In this document: positions 13,417 through 26,237 of the stretch, in pieces | Numbering within the stretch: the first letter of the stretch is position 1 | How the letters are laid out: the number at the start of each line of letters is the position of its first letter | NCBI GenBank assembly: GCA_028023455.1 | Contig: JAQFVV010000008.1 | Coordinates: forward strand, 6,758,001-6,822,000 | Direction: 5' to 3' | From: Epiperipatus broadwayi | Taxonomy: Eukaryota; Animalia; Onychophora | Length of the DNA: 64,000 nucleotides | Program-made: the position numbers and the translations under genes | The notes under the pieces: model-generated | What the model saw: the letters and a program-made list of their open reading frames with translations, nothing else | Told to the model about the DNA's origin: nothing | Database searches by the model: none

Positions 13417-13798
13417 AAGGGTCTCGGCCTTAGGGTGGCCTTTGAGCATTCCATCATCAAATTTTCAATTGGATGGACGGTTGAAGAGTTGGAGTGTGGA
13501 GTAGATGGAAGCCTGTCTATTAAAGTATGAGGATTGGCTATCTTAATATATATCTGAGCACTTATAGCATATATGTGTAGAGATGGTAATCTGGACCAAC
13601 TGATGATTGCTGGTTTAGCATGAAATACCTTTATTGGTGATTATTTATCTTTTCAACATATATGTGTTCAAGTGTATCAGTGTTATGAGATAGTGTGGAA
13701 AGTGGTGGGTCGTGTAAAAGTCTGTGCTCATATACCCTATATATTAATATATAAACCCAGGTATATAATAAGCCTGTGTGTTTCAGTTATAAGATATA
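13417..13798 (+). mobile_element. Family B copy
   Basis: Aligns by eye with 38058-38390 and 37915-37955; damaged HHR at 13595-13638. Confidence 0.8.
13595..13638 (+). ncRNA. Family B hammerhead motif, damaged stem III
   Basis: ACCAA-CTGATGA-TTGCTGGTTTAGCAT-GAAA-TACCTTTA-TTGGT. Confidence 0.55.
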
Positions 13799-14356
13799 AA
13801 AAAAAAATCAAACTATGATACCTTAAATGTAAATATAACTAGAACTTAGCATTCACACAATTATGTTTCTGTCAGTTTTTAAAAGCTTTACATATAGCAA
13901 TTTTATTTTTTTATTTTTATAATCAATTTGTCAAAAATTCAACTGATCAATCTAGTTTAACTTAAGACTTTACCCTCTAACTAAAACCAACCATTATTGG
14001 AATAATTGTGGGCCAATAATGAAGACAGCTTAACATATCAATCATGTTACAAATACTGCTAAACAGTCTTAATGTAGTTCTCTTTGTTAATCTCATTAGT
14101 AAAGATAAAATACAACTAATTTTTATATAATAATTATTAGAGCTAGGGATTGCCACTTTGTAAAGTATTCTAAATAGATAAAAACTGTAGATATTGGGAA
14201 AGGATATGTTATAATAAATCACTAAATCATAAAGATAATTAATTATGTCTTTTAATAACTTTGCTTAATCGGTTATTTTTAAGATATATAAAAATATCAT
14301 CTTTGAATTATTTAAAATTGTAAATCAAATTAAAATATGCATGAATTATTAGTCTT

Positions 14357-14482
14357 AAATTATTAAACATCATATGACCACCATTTCTTATGCTTGCTCA
14401 TAACTGTTATTAAAACAGGCATCCATTATTTACTCTGTCTTGCACTGAGTGGCACTACTGTATAGAGAGTTTTGCCTGTTTT
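14357..14482. mobile_element. Short family A insertion
   Basis: Inverted 5' piece joined through GGCA microhomology to the sense 3' end. TSD AATTATTAGTCTT at 14344-14356 and 14483-14495. Confidence 0.8.
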
Positions 14483-16799
14483 AATTATTAGTCTTTTATA
14501 GAGTCTTACAGTTAAATGGTTCTATAATCATAATGATGCATTTTCTTGATTAGAAAAATATTTGCTAACAGCTTGAAATTTAAAAATTTCTTCAATTTTA
14601 TAAAGTATTGTTTTTATAGTTGAACAGTTGGTATTTCAGAGACTCATTCTGTATTCTGAATACATTATAGGATCAGTTATAACTTTTTCATTAGCAAAAG
14701 TTCTGATTCAGTTTCTATTATTATTATTATCGGATACTTTCAACTTTCAGTTACCATACAATTAGCATTTTGCTTATTCATAGATTTTTCAATATTAAGA
14801 ATAGAAATAGTTTATGACTGTTTCCTCCTGCTTAGTTTGAAATGATGGTCTGCTGTTGATAAACTGTGAATAACTGTTTCCAATATTTCCATATATTGCT
14901 CCTCTCCATTATAGTTATTAATAGTAAGTTTTTTCAATGGAATTGCTATCTAAGCTTATAAGAAACTGGCATACAAATATTTTGATATATGGTATATTCT
15001 TTACTCAAAAGCAAGATCAAAGTATGTTACAAATAGATAATTATGCATGAACATCATTATTAATATGGAAAATAACTTTACGCAAAAATGTACATGAAAT
15101 ACACTTAAAATCTTAAGTAATAACTTGTAGATGTATGACTTTACGCTTGTCCAAATTATACTGATAGAATAATTTCAACGAATGAGTCAGAACTGGCTAT
15201 GATTATGAGAAGTACAGTTTCTCGAAAGCACTCAGCCATTTTAATTGACTGATTGATATTAATTATACAGCTTTACGTTATAAGTGTGATAGCACTATTT
15301 AATATTAAAATATTAATAAAGTTCGCAACTTTTGCCTAGTGCTCTTTCACGTTTCTCTTCCAAAGGTGGCAATCTTTTCCCTATCAGATGCCATGACTAT
15401 GACTCATTAGTTGAAAGTGCACTTGGCAAAAATTGTGAACTTTATTCAGATTTTAAGAGTATCTCGTATACCTTTTTGTGTATAGTTATTTTCCATATTG
15501 CATTTCCTTGAGATATTGCGTATCAAAATTTCAATATTACATAATTTTAGTATCATAATTTTTTTTATTCAACAAAATAATGAAACACTTTATAAAACTA
15601 AAATCCCTAAGTTTTACAAGTGTGTGTACCATATTAATAAAGCAGTTAATGCTGTTTGCAGACAAGAAGTTCTGGGTAAATTGAAGAAAATGGAAAAACA
15701 TGTCTTGAGTTATTGTCCTCCTTTATTTTTCTATATAAGACTTTAATATTGATTATCAGCACATAAATTACAGAGAATTTTTTTTTTCTCAAAATTATTT
15801 TACTTCATCATAATTTACACAATTCCTTAATCATAGAACAGTATATAAGTTATTTGTCTGATATCTTGAACAAACTGGGTTAAGATGGTAAATACTGGAA
15901 AATTAGATAATTGATAATCAATAATCCTAGTACTGTTTTATCTAATTATTAATTTGCCTTGATCATTATCAGTTAAGAGTAAAATGAACTTCAGATAGTT
16001 GATAATAAATATTATTTTAATATATACATATGACCAGTCAATATAGATATTAACAAAAGTGAGCTACTGGTATATAGGTTGAAATTTATGACCAAGTGCT
16101 ATTACTTGATTCTTAATTCTAGCCACTCTTATAAACTTATTTTTACATTACCATTTATAGCTTTACCAAAAAAAATGAAGATAAGTAATGTATATATTAA
16201 AACAGCTTAAATTACTTTTTTTTTAAAAAAATCACTGCTGTAAACTGTTTCCATATACGTCATTATAAGTCTAATGTAATGTGAACTGTTAAAACAAAAA
16301 TCTTAATTTCATATGCAATTAAGGCATTGTTGAAAAGTAGATTTATAATCAGTTATATTTTTATCTAGAATCACTTTCAACTGAGAGATAAGATATGCAG
16401 CTAATTCATAAAATTAACTGTATATAGAGATAAGGAAAATTAATAATTGTTTCTTCGATCTGGAAATGGGGAACACCAGTGATTTGGAACATTTTAATAG
16501 ATAGTTGGGAGGAGGGGTAAAGGATTTGGATTTAAAATTAAAGAAGCCATTTATGAAATCATAGTTTACAAAAAAGTATAGTTAGTATGAAAGACCATAA
16601 TATATCTAGGGTAGGATAAATGAGTCATTTGACTTTACTTCTTTCACGAAAAGCACAAAAATGGTATCAAATCAGTAATATTATACATATATGTACATTG
16701 AATGTATATACATATTGGTATTAAATTTTACTACTTTCTACATTTACTTTGTAGCAAAACATTTAAGATGATGATGATGCACAGTGACTTCTCCTTATA

Positions 16800-17200
16800 T
16801 GGATTCAGGAATCTTTCAGCAACTATGCCCAGAGAAATCTGTTAGCCACTTTAACTTCCCTTTCCATTTCCTGCCCTAAGTTTTCCCATATTCTTCTCTA
16901 TCCTACTCCGTCCCATGTCCACAACATAATCTTTGTCAACTCCATGGCCTTTATATCAAAACCTCCGTTATCTTTTCCCAAACCCAACATAAAAACTAAT
17001 AACCCAGTTTCTGTATAATCACTTTGTTTATATTTATTCTTCCGCAACTTCATTATTTGTACCCTTTCTGCTTTCAGGCATTTACATTCAATTAGCAGAT
17101 GCTTAATATTTTCTATGTTCCTTACACAACTTGCAGACTAAATCACCCACATTTTTCCATTTATGTGTATATTCCTTAAGTGTAAACAATATAAAGCAGC
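16800..17200 (-). mobile_element. 3' fragment of the same LINE family as 57990-58830
   Basis: cagcaactatgcccagagaaatctgttagccac is the reverse complement of the 58800 region; the pyrimidine-rich continuation parallels 58550-58800. Confidence 0.45.
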
Positions 17201-19270
17201 ACCATCTATTAGCTATTAAAATAATTAAGTATCAAATAATGTAGTTTTAATACAGATGCAAAATAACATGATAATTGCACTTTATTTTATTGATGAAATT
17301 TAATAGTAAGGATTGTATAATATCATTTATATTATTTTAACTATAAAATCTAAATAATTTTTAGCAAAAACCATGCTGAACAAACCAAAACCATTAAGAA
17401 TTATATTTTCTGAAAAAAGAGAGCAACAGAAAAAAATTAATCAAATAACATATATATATGTGTGTGTGTGCTTGGCGCACAAATAATGAAGTTAGTAAAA
17501 GCAAATAATACTCTGCAATTTAATAAGCTGAGCGCTTTTGGGAGACTTTATGCAGGCTAATGAAGTAAATATTTAATTAATCAAATAGCAGTGCTATAAT
17601 ATTTCAAAATTTTTAGAAAAAGTAAAAGTGCAATATATTTATTTACCTGGGTTTCAACATCACTAGATATTATCCTATGTAAGATCAAAGCTTTTTATAT
17701 ACAATATTATAATTAAAATAATCAAATGGCTAATTGCTGAGATCACGAAACATTTGATCATCACAAGATGACAGAATAAACCTTGATCCAGAAACCTTCA
17801 ATTCTCAAGTTCTGCTGTGTTAAACTGCATGGGACATACTATTTCATTAATGATATTAAATAGAAGTTTTTAGCATTGCTTGCTGATTTTCTGCATCATG
17901 TGACTTTTAGACAGTGATAGTGAACTTTAAAATATGGAAATTAAGTTCAGAGAATATCAAGAAAATTTTAAATGATATTAAACGTGAATGCTTGAAGATT
18001 GGACCCTTGTAAATAAATTGCAAAACATATCAAGTGTGTGAATATTTATTATATAAGAAAATTGAATTTAGCAAAATATATAAAATGATGATAATGTAAC
18101 ATCACCTATCAAGAAATATAAAAATTCCAATTCAATTTAGGTAACCATAATGTTTATATAATCATTAATTGAACATAATTAAACTGATGCTTTGAGACAA
18201 TTGAAAAGGAAAGATTTTTGGAATAAATATTTAAAATGAAAAATATATTAATACATAATTTATATCTAGTCAAAATAAGAGTCATAGATCACATGACCCA
18301 ATTCTCTTAAGCTTGTAAGATATAAAAAATGAGCATTGTCAATTGCTCAACAAGCTTTGTGATAAATGCTTAGCCAAAGAAAGCATTCAAAATATCTTCT
18401 TGTCAAGAAACCCTCCCCCCCCCCCCAAACCTCTGACCATGGTTTCATGCTTTGGCACTCCTCAGAGATGCGCTAGGATAGGTTCAAACATCTACTTGAA
18501 AGTTGCTATCTTCTTTTAATTATAGTTGAAACTCTTTTACATATTCTAATAGTGTACAATTGGGCAAGCTGACATTTTGTGTTCTGAAAGGAATGAAATT
18601 TAAAAGTTATAAAAAATTATTTCTGATTTTCCAATTAAGACTAATAAGATTTCCTGAAATTGAGACCATCTTAAAAAAGGATTTGTGTCTGTATTTAATA
18701 TACCTCTGATGATAATTTGTAAGAATAAAAGAATTCAATGTATTAAAGATGACTTTGTATTTAGATAAGCCCAGCTTTCATAAATCTGAACTTGAGTAAA
18801 CAATTTCCAACATATGTTTGGGAGGATTAATATGGCATATAAAATACAGCTCTTTGTTCTTGTTTACTTATTCTCTGAACATGTCCTGTGAGATATTATA
18901 TAGTTTTTTATTTTCATTTGTAAAAAAAAATTTTTTTTTATTCTTCATCATGGCAGATAAATTCAAAATAAAACCTAATTTATGATGTGTATTTAATATG
19001 AAATAGTTAATTTGAAATTATGAATTGCTTTTATCATTTTTATATGAAAAAATTTCACATACATAAGCAAAAAGTCACTTAAACAACCATCTAATACTTT
19101 CACATATGTGAAAAATCGAAGTACTGTACCATTAACTTGGCTAGTAAAATTCAGTAATTTCCTACATTTAGACACAATTTTATCATTCGTCATGATGGGG
19201 AGATGGGTGAATATAATTTTTATAGCTCACATGAACTACAATAAAAGTGTTCAATATTATTTTTATTACA

Positions 19271-19680
19271 TCAAACATCACATGATCACCAATAGGATTA
19301 TGGTGACTGTGGTTGTTAAAGATCCAAAGATATCAAAAAGTATGGATGCTGAACTGAGTTCTGATCTGTACAACTATACAAGCTAATGAACATAGCTTGA
19401 AAATATTACTGTGTTTTTTATTTTATATTCAAAGCATTGTAGTTAGCTAAAAAGGTAAAAGGTGGCTTCTAGAGGGTTGCATTAGATTCTAAGATCTAGG
19501 TGCAGTACTTTCAGATTCAAGGCTCCTCACTGATGAAAGCCACAAGCTAGAAACTAGTCTGGGGATATTGGATGAGTAGGTATTAGATAGGGATTTTATG
19601 CACAAACCTTCCTACATCCCTTGATTACTCTGACTTGCACTGAGTGGCGCTACTGTATGGAGAGTTTTGCCTATGTGAAT
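19271..19680 (+). mobile_element. Family A insertion
   Basis: Short inverted start caaacatcacatgatcacc, then a ~385-bp sense unit containing the HHR. TTTTTATTACA duplicated at 19260-19270 and 19681-19691. Confidence 0.8.
19524..19565 (+). ncRNA. Minimal type I hammerhead ribozyme (family A), intact core
   Basis: TCCTCA-CTGATGA-A-AGC-CACAA-GCT-A-GAAA-CTAGTC-TGGGGA; stem II carries a compensatory A-U pair relative to 23836. Confidence 0.8.
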
Positions 19681-22600
19681 TTTTTATTACAATTGCTGCT
19701 AATCCTTTGCTATACTAATTTCTTAATATTCTGCACTCATTTTAATAATTTAACTGAAATTATGTATTTTAGTAGATTCCAGAGGTGGTGCTGCTTAATA
19801 CAAACACTTTTATTCATGAAAAAGTTGAATTATTGGAGAGAGAAAAAGGGAACAAGAAAGCATTTTCATATCAGAAATTACAAATACTTTCAACTAAATA
19901 CAGGTGTTTTAACTTAACTAATTTGTTTTTGTCCTAAATGCAGAAATTTCTTACAAATCTTTTCAACTATTTTAGTGTTACTTTAAGTAATAAACATTTC
20001 ATTTAATTTAATCAGAGGTGATTTGTAAACATTTTTTTAATTTGCATATATGAAGTTATTTGCTGCAAAATTTGGTAAAAAACAGCATTATATCAAATAA
20101 ATTACCTAAAGAGCTGGCATGAAATATATGTGTACTATATATATATATTTTTATAAGTTGGTCATCATATAACTCATCTTTAAAAAATGTTTGTTATTGT
20201 TTGTCTACCATTTTTGTTTTAGATTCAGAATGGTCTTGTTTGTTTTTAAAAGGCAGTTAGTGAGGCATATATTTTTAATACTTAATGTAAGAAAATAAAT
20301 ATCTAAAAATTAAACTATTGGTGCAAGAAAAATTATAATAATAGATATTGAAACATATGTAGCAATTTCCCCTTAATTAAACATATTTAAAAAATCATAA
20401 AAAAAGCAACATTTTCATATACCCATTAAATTTAAGTTTATTTTCATTTATTTAGTAATATTTTTCAAGCAATACTTTTTAAATAAATTACCATTTAATT
20501 TTTGTTACTTATTATTGTACTATAAAATCTTCTACAGTTCATTTTGTGCTATTATTATAGAAATCCTGCAAAATCATTAATCCATGAAAGTTTGAGAACT
20601 GGAAATGTTGGATTAATAGTAACCACATCTATAATAGAAATAGTGAGAAAGAAATCAGAATTATAGTTGCAATTACTAGATATTATGCAAGTTATTTTGA
20701 GGAGCGTTAAAATTGAGATAGTGAAAGAAACTTATCAGATACAGTTATTTATGGAACTGAAACTTGAATAAGTAAAATAAATAATGCCTTGCATAATTTA
20801 GTTCAATGAACGAGCGTCAAACTCTGGATTGTAAGAACCTTGAATCGGTTCTAGATCTGGCATTTCCAGCACCAGAATTTATCATGAATTTTCAAGCAAC
20901 AATATCATTCGATTAATAACAAAAAAATAATTATTGTAGTCAATAGCTCTCAAGTAATTGGGTGTGCATAAGATTTAACTTAATTGATCAAAAAAGATAT
21001 TGCTTAACTGGAAATCAATCTCCCAAGTTTGCTACTCTCAGTGTTGCACAGAATTGTGCCTGATATGTAGATGATATTATTTAAAAAAAGAGAATCTGTA
21101 TGATTAAGATGAAAAGAAAAGGAAGTTTTTGGCATATTGATTTATTGGCAGGGTTAAAATATTTGAGCATTAGAAATTTTTGCATTCTGCCTATTTTAAT
21201 CTCCAAGAAGTGTCTACGGTAGCAATTCTCCATATAGTGATGATCATGTGATGTTTTAGTGATTTAATATCAAGACGTATCTACACACAAAAAAAAATAA
21301 GATATTATAAGTAATATTTTTCTACTTTTAATAATCATAAACAAAAAGTTGTCAGAATCAGGTTTACATCTGGTCTTTTGTTCTGCGAAGATATCTACTG
21401 TAACCAATTACAATATAATATCAAAGTAGCTTTGACATTCATCTTGAAAATTAATAAACAATCCACAATTTCTTTATCCACACTTTGTTTATAATTAAAG
21501 ATTAAAACCGCATAAATTGTTTCCTGAATAATTATTTAATAGCAACAACAAATCACCAAACAGCCTAAATAATATGACAAATGTAGTTCTCCATTTTATT
21601 GCAAAGTAGTGTAAGCTTGAGAAGTTAATGATTACAAGATGCATACAAAATCCATATTCTTATTATTGAACTTTATCCACAGACTGGTGTCTGATTTTTG
21701 TCTTTAAGAACAAAGCCTGAAATTCAAAGTTTGTAGGAATGCACATCTACCTTTAATTCCACCTTACTTAACAAATTAAAAGCTTGAAATTCAAATCAGC
21801 CTAAGGTTTTGAGCCCTAGTTAATCTGTTTGAACAGTTATATAGATCTGAAATTCACTTCAATAATTATATATGTATTTTAGTATTTTTAGTTCTTCATT
21901 AATTGTAGACAACTTGTTCTCCCAGCTATAAATGTTAATAACAAATCACCAAACACTTGGCTTTAGCAATGTATGACAAATACAGCTCTCCACTTTACTG
22001 TCATCTAGTATAGGCTTACCGACTTTTAATCTCATTGATAAAGACAAAAGCCAGCGACCGTCAGAAGAGGGGGGAGGATCAAATACTAAATAATAGATTT
22101 TATATTTATTATTGATTACCCAAGCTTACACTAGATGGCAGTAAAGCGTAAAGCTGCTTTTATCTTATTTATTTTTAACTCATAATTTGCTAATTTAGTT
22201 GTCAGAACAACAGAAAAAAACTAAATGAAAATTTGATTGCAGATTCTAGAAATGTTCTCTTTGATATTCTCAGATAAAAGCAATTCATAAGACTATGAAA
22301 GAATCTACACGGATAAAATGTATATATTTAAATTAAACACTCTCCTTTAAAAGAAAAAAAAACATCTGTAATATAGTAAGTAAAAAGAAAAGAAACAAGT
22401 GTAATAAAATAACAATTTTAAAATTATTCTAAGAATTCTGTATCGATTGCTACCTATTAATAAAATTATTTTCTAATAAACTGCTAATGCGTTCAGTTTA
22501 TATTCTTTCACTCTGAAGATTAAATATTGTAATAAAAAACTTGTACAATTATAATAGTGTTCAGTATACTTTAAAATAATTTTTTTATATTTTGTGCCAT

Positions 22601-22919
22601 AATTTGCTAACGTGCAATATGAGGTAATAGTGCATGAAACAATCATTTTGTAAATGTTAATAATTTTTATGAGTTTTTTTTCAAAAGTTTAGTTCAACAA
22701 CTCGCCACCAAAATAACCTGATTATTCAACAGTTTTTATATTATGACAGGAGGTGACGAGATGTTTGCTTTTAATTTTTTTTTTTTTTATCATTTTTAAT
22801 TGTATAATAAACTGCTTTTGAAGTCAAATTTTTATCATAGTCTTCTAAATATTTTTTCCACATTTTTTCATATATGATTTTTTTTTTACGTGTAAATTTC
22901 AAAGAATGTTCGTTAATGA

Positions 22920-23987
22920 CAATAAACATCACATGACCATGACCTCTTATGCTTGTGCGTAACTGTTGTTAAAACAGGCAAAACTCACTATACGTATTGC
23001 CACATACAGCAAGCTAGAGTAATCAATGGATGCCAGAAGGCTTGTGCATAAAATCCCCATCTATTGCCTATTCATCCAATATCACCAGACTAGTTTCTGG
23101 CTTGTAGCTTTCGTCAATGAGGAGCCTTGGATCTGAGAGCACTGCACCTATATTTTAGGATCTAATGCAACCCTCCAGCAGCCACCTTTTATCTCCATTT
23201 AACTACAAAACTATGAGTCTTCAACTGAAAACACCTTAATGTTTTCAATCCAAGCCATTAGCTTATATAGTCATATAGGTCTGAACTCAGTTCAGTACCT
23301 ATACATTTTGGTGTCTTTAGTTCTTTAATAACTATTGCCACCACTATCCTATTAGGCAGGATTGGTTTTAAGCCAATAAACATCACATGACCATCACCTC
23401 TTATGCTTGTGTGTAACTATTGTTAAGACAGGCAAAACTCACTATACGTATTGCCACACATAGAAAGCTAGAGTAATCAATGGATGCCAGAAGGCTTGTG
23501 CATAAAATCCCCATCTAGTGCCTACTCATCCAATATCCCCAGACTAGTTTCTGGCTAGTGGCCTTTGTCAGTGAGAAGCCTTGGATCTGAGAGCACTCCT
23601 GCCTAATAGAATAGTGGTGGCTATGGTTATTAAAGAACCAAAGACACCAAAATGTATGGGTACTGAACCGAGTTCAGGCCCATATGACTATTTAAGCTAA
23701 TGGGCTTGGATTGAAAACATTATGGTGTTTTCAGTTTAAGACTCATAGTTTTGTAGTTAAGTGGAGATAAAAGGTGGTTGCTGGAGGGTTGCATTAGATA
23801 CTAAGATCTAGGTGCAGTGCTCTCAGATCCAAGGCTCCTCACTGATGAAGGCCACAAGCCAGAAACTAGTCTGGGGATATTGGATGAGTAGGCACTAGAT
23901 GGGGATTTTATGCACAAGCCTTCTGGCATCCATTGATTACTCTAGCTTGCTGTGTATGGCAATATGTATAGTGAGTTTTGCCTGTTT
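22920..23987. mobile_element. Family A HHR-bearing non-autonomous retroelement, composite insertion
   Basis: Antisense unit 22920-23373, antisense partial unit 23374-23596 (period 454 bp), then sense unit 23597-23987. Flanked by TGTT(C/T)GTTAATGA at 22907-22919 and 23988-24000. Confidence 0.85.
23836..23877 (+). ncRNA. Minimal type I hammerhead ribozyme (family A), intact core
   Basis: TCCTCA-CTGATGA-A-GGC-CACAA-GCC-A-GAAA-CTAGTC-TGGGGA. Stem I 6 bp with one G-U, stem II 3 bp, palindromic stem III ACTAGT, GUC site after 23871. Confidence 0.8.
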
Positions 23988-24033
23988 TGTTTGTTAATGA
24001 ATTAATAATACAATTAAAATGTTAACATAGTAC

Positions 24034-24354
24034 CAACTTTCTCCATACAATATTGTCATCCTAGGCAAGCCATAGTAATCAATAGATACCAAAAGGTTAA
24101 TGTGTCAAAATCCCTGTTTATTGCCTATTCATTCAATATTCTCAAACTAGTTTCTAGCTTATGGCTTTCATTAGTGAAGAGCCTTAGATATGAGAACTTT
24201 GCATCTAGATCTTTGGATATAATGCATTCTTCCAGCAGCCACCTTTAAATAATACTTAACTATAAAGCTATAAGGAGGCATGATGCACTAAGCTTCTAGC
24301 ATCCATTGATTACTATGGCTTGCACTAGGTGGCAATATTGTATGGAAAAAGTTG
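24034..24354. mobile_element. Older, diverged family A copy with foldback ends
   Basis: Antisense 24034-~24270 including a decayed HHR, then a sense 3' end; the termini are mutually complementary over ~50 bp. Confidence 0.7.
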
Positions 24355-26064
24355 CTACTATAATATCAGACTGTGTAAACATAAAATAGTAATTATGTTT
24401 AAATGATTTTTCAAGAAAAATATTATAGCATAATCCGGTAGCTTATTTTAATTAGATATATTTTAAACTTGACTTCTGGCTTATGACTTATTTATTTTTA
24501 AATTTTATACCCCAGTTGTGAAATACATTCCCAATTTTTCAACAACTCTAAAGGCATTATAATTGTTTAGTTAGTATAAATAGCAAACATCTCTATCATT
24601 ATTCAGAAGTCAGAATGAAAGACCAAAGATAAAATATTATAATCATGTTTGCTTATAAAACTTATATAATTAATTACTCATATTAGTATAAGACATTTGA
24701 AAGCATTATTCTGATATTTTTGTAATTGCACATATATTTTTCTTTAGTTATTTATTAACTATTTTAATCTGTCTTTCCTCAGTGACATAATCAAAAAGGT
24801 AAGAGCTAAACTATTGTTTATTAAATTTAATTTTACTCTTATCATATAGATTATTTCATCCATTTTAAACTTATTGACTTAACATCAAATAATTGTATTA
24901 TTATGTAAATAAAGAATGAAGTAGCTGCATTGGCTTCATTGGTCATATCTGGAGGCAGTTGAGAAGGAGGATTATCCTGAAACAAGTTCTCTCAGAGATA
25001 AAGATTAGTTCAATTTTTCCATCATATAATGATTCCAGAAATAATATAGACAACTTTTTGATGGCTTGATAGCTATTTAATTTATTTAATAAGTGCCTAA
25101 TTTTCTGCCTTCTTTGTGGCAGTTGCCTAGATTACATCACTAAGTAAAAATCAAGAATATTATTATTATTTTTTAAGAAATGCTTTTATTCCCATAAATG
25201 AATACATTTTCATCATCTTTCACAGTTGGGGCAATTACATTTAAAAATTCACAAGTTATATTCCGAAAGAATTTTGCCGACTTTTTTGTATTGATGCCAA
25301 TCTATTCAAAGTGACAAAAAGTATTAATGCTAGATATTTATTGAAGAAATATTTAAAAAAGAAAATTGGCAGATATTCTTATGAAGAAAATAATTTAGGT
25401 TACATCTTCAATAGAAGATAGATGTAAAAATTGGTTTGAAATATTGTACGTGTGGGTGGGTGAATACTTAAATTTTATTATATTTACATTGTAATGTATG
25501 AAAGTACATGCAGTGGCAGTTTGTAATTAAAATTTGTGGTAGTGCTACTTCCAACAATTTTTGGGCGTTGTTTTAATATTGTGTAAAATGAAACAAACAC
25601 ATAAAAAGAAAATTTGTACATAAACTTAGTAAAATCCTAAACAAAAAAAAATATTTTAGTTACTAATAGCTTGCTCCATTCATTTAAAAATTAATTCCAT
25701 TCCTCTTGTTTTACTTTGCATGTAAAGATTAATATCTCTGGATGATTGTCGAGAAAATTTTTCTTCATTGAAAACACTGTAAGTGCATATAGTCTTTCAG
25801 GAGTCATCGTGCTACATAGAAAAGTTTTTATTGTTTTCAGTGTTAAAAAGCAGTGTTCTGGTTCTGATATAGTCATGGGAATTGTCAAGAGGATTTTTAT
25901 CAGTTTTGTAATTTCACTAAGAATATCATCTAGATTATTTTTCCAAGATAAATTTCAGCAGTTGAATTAATTTGCAATATTTATGTGTATTGAATCTACA
26001 ATATAATACTTTTAATTCAGTTTCAAACTTTTCTTTTAAGAATGAACTACCTACAGAAGAGATA

Positions 26065-26237
26065 TCTATTAAACACTTAGTAGCTGCTAAATTGTTCAAC
26101 AAGAAAAGCTTCACTAGTTTTAAGAATGAACTACCTACATAAGAGATAGTATTGACTATTGAAGCATATATGATGATTAACAAACTAGTGAAGCTTTTCT
26201 TGTTGAACAATTTAGCAGCTACTAAGTGTTTAATAGA
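26065..26237. repeat. Perfect 56-bp inverted repeat inside the hAT relic
   Basis: 26065-26120 is the exact reverse complement of 26182-26237; both strands show LVKLFLLNNLAATKCLI in the ORF track. Confidence 0.9.

Noticed and set aside
19621-19917. 98-aa ORF and similar ORFs over HHR elements (9009-9284, 19108-19386, 11605-11904, 55065-55283)
   Set aside because: Not conserved in frame between copies of the same repeat; no recognisable domains.
22920-24354. Repeat cluster as CRISPR array or TIR-type MITE
   Set aside because: Eukaryotic intron with no repeat-spacer periodicity. Arm lengths vary between copies and TSDs are 10-13 bp, unlike fixed-TIR MITEs.
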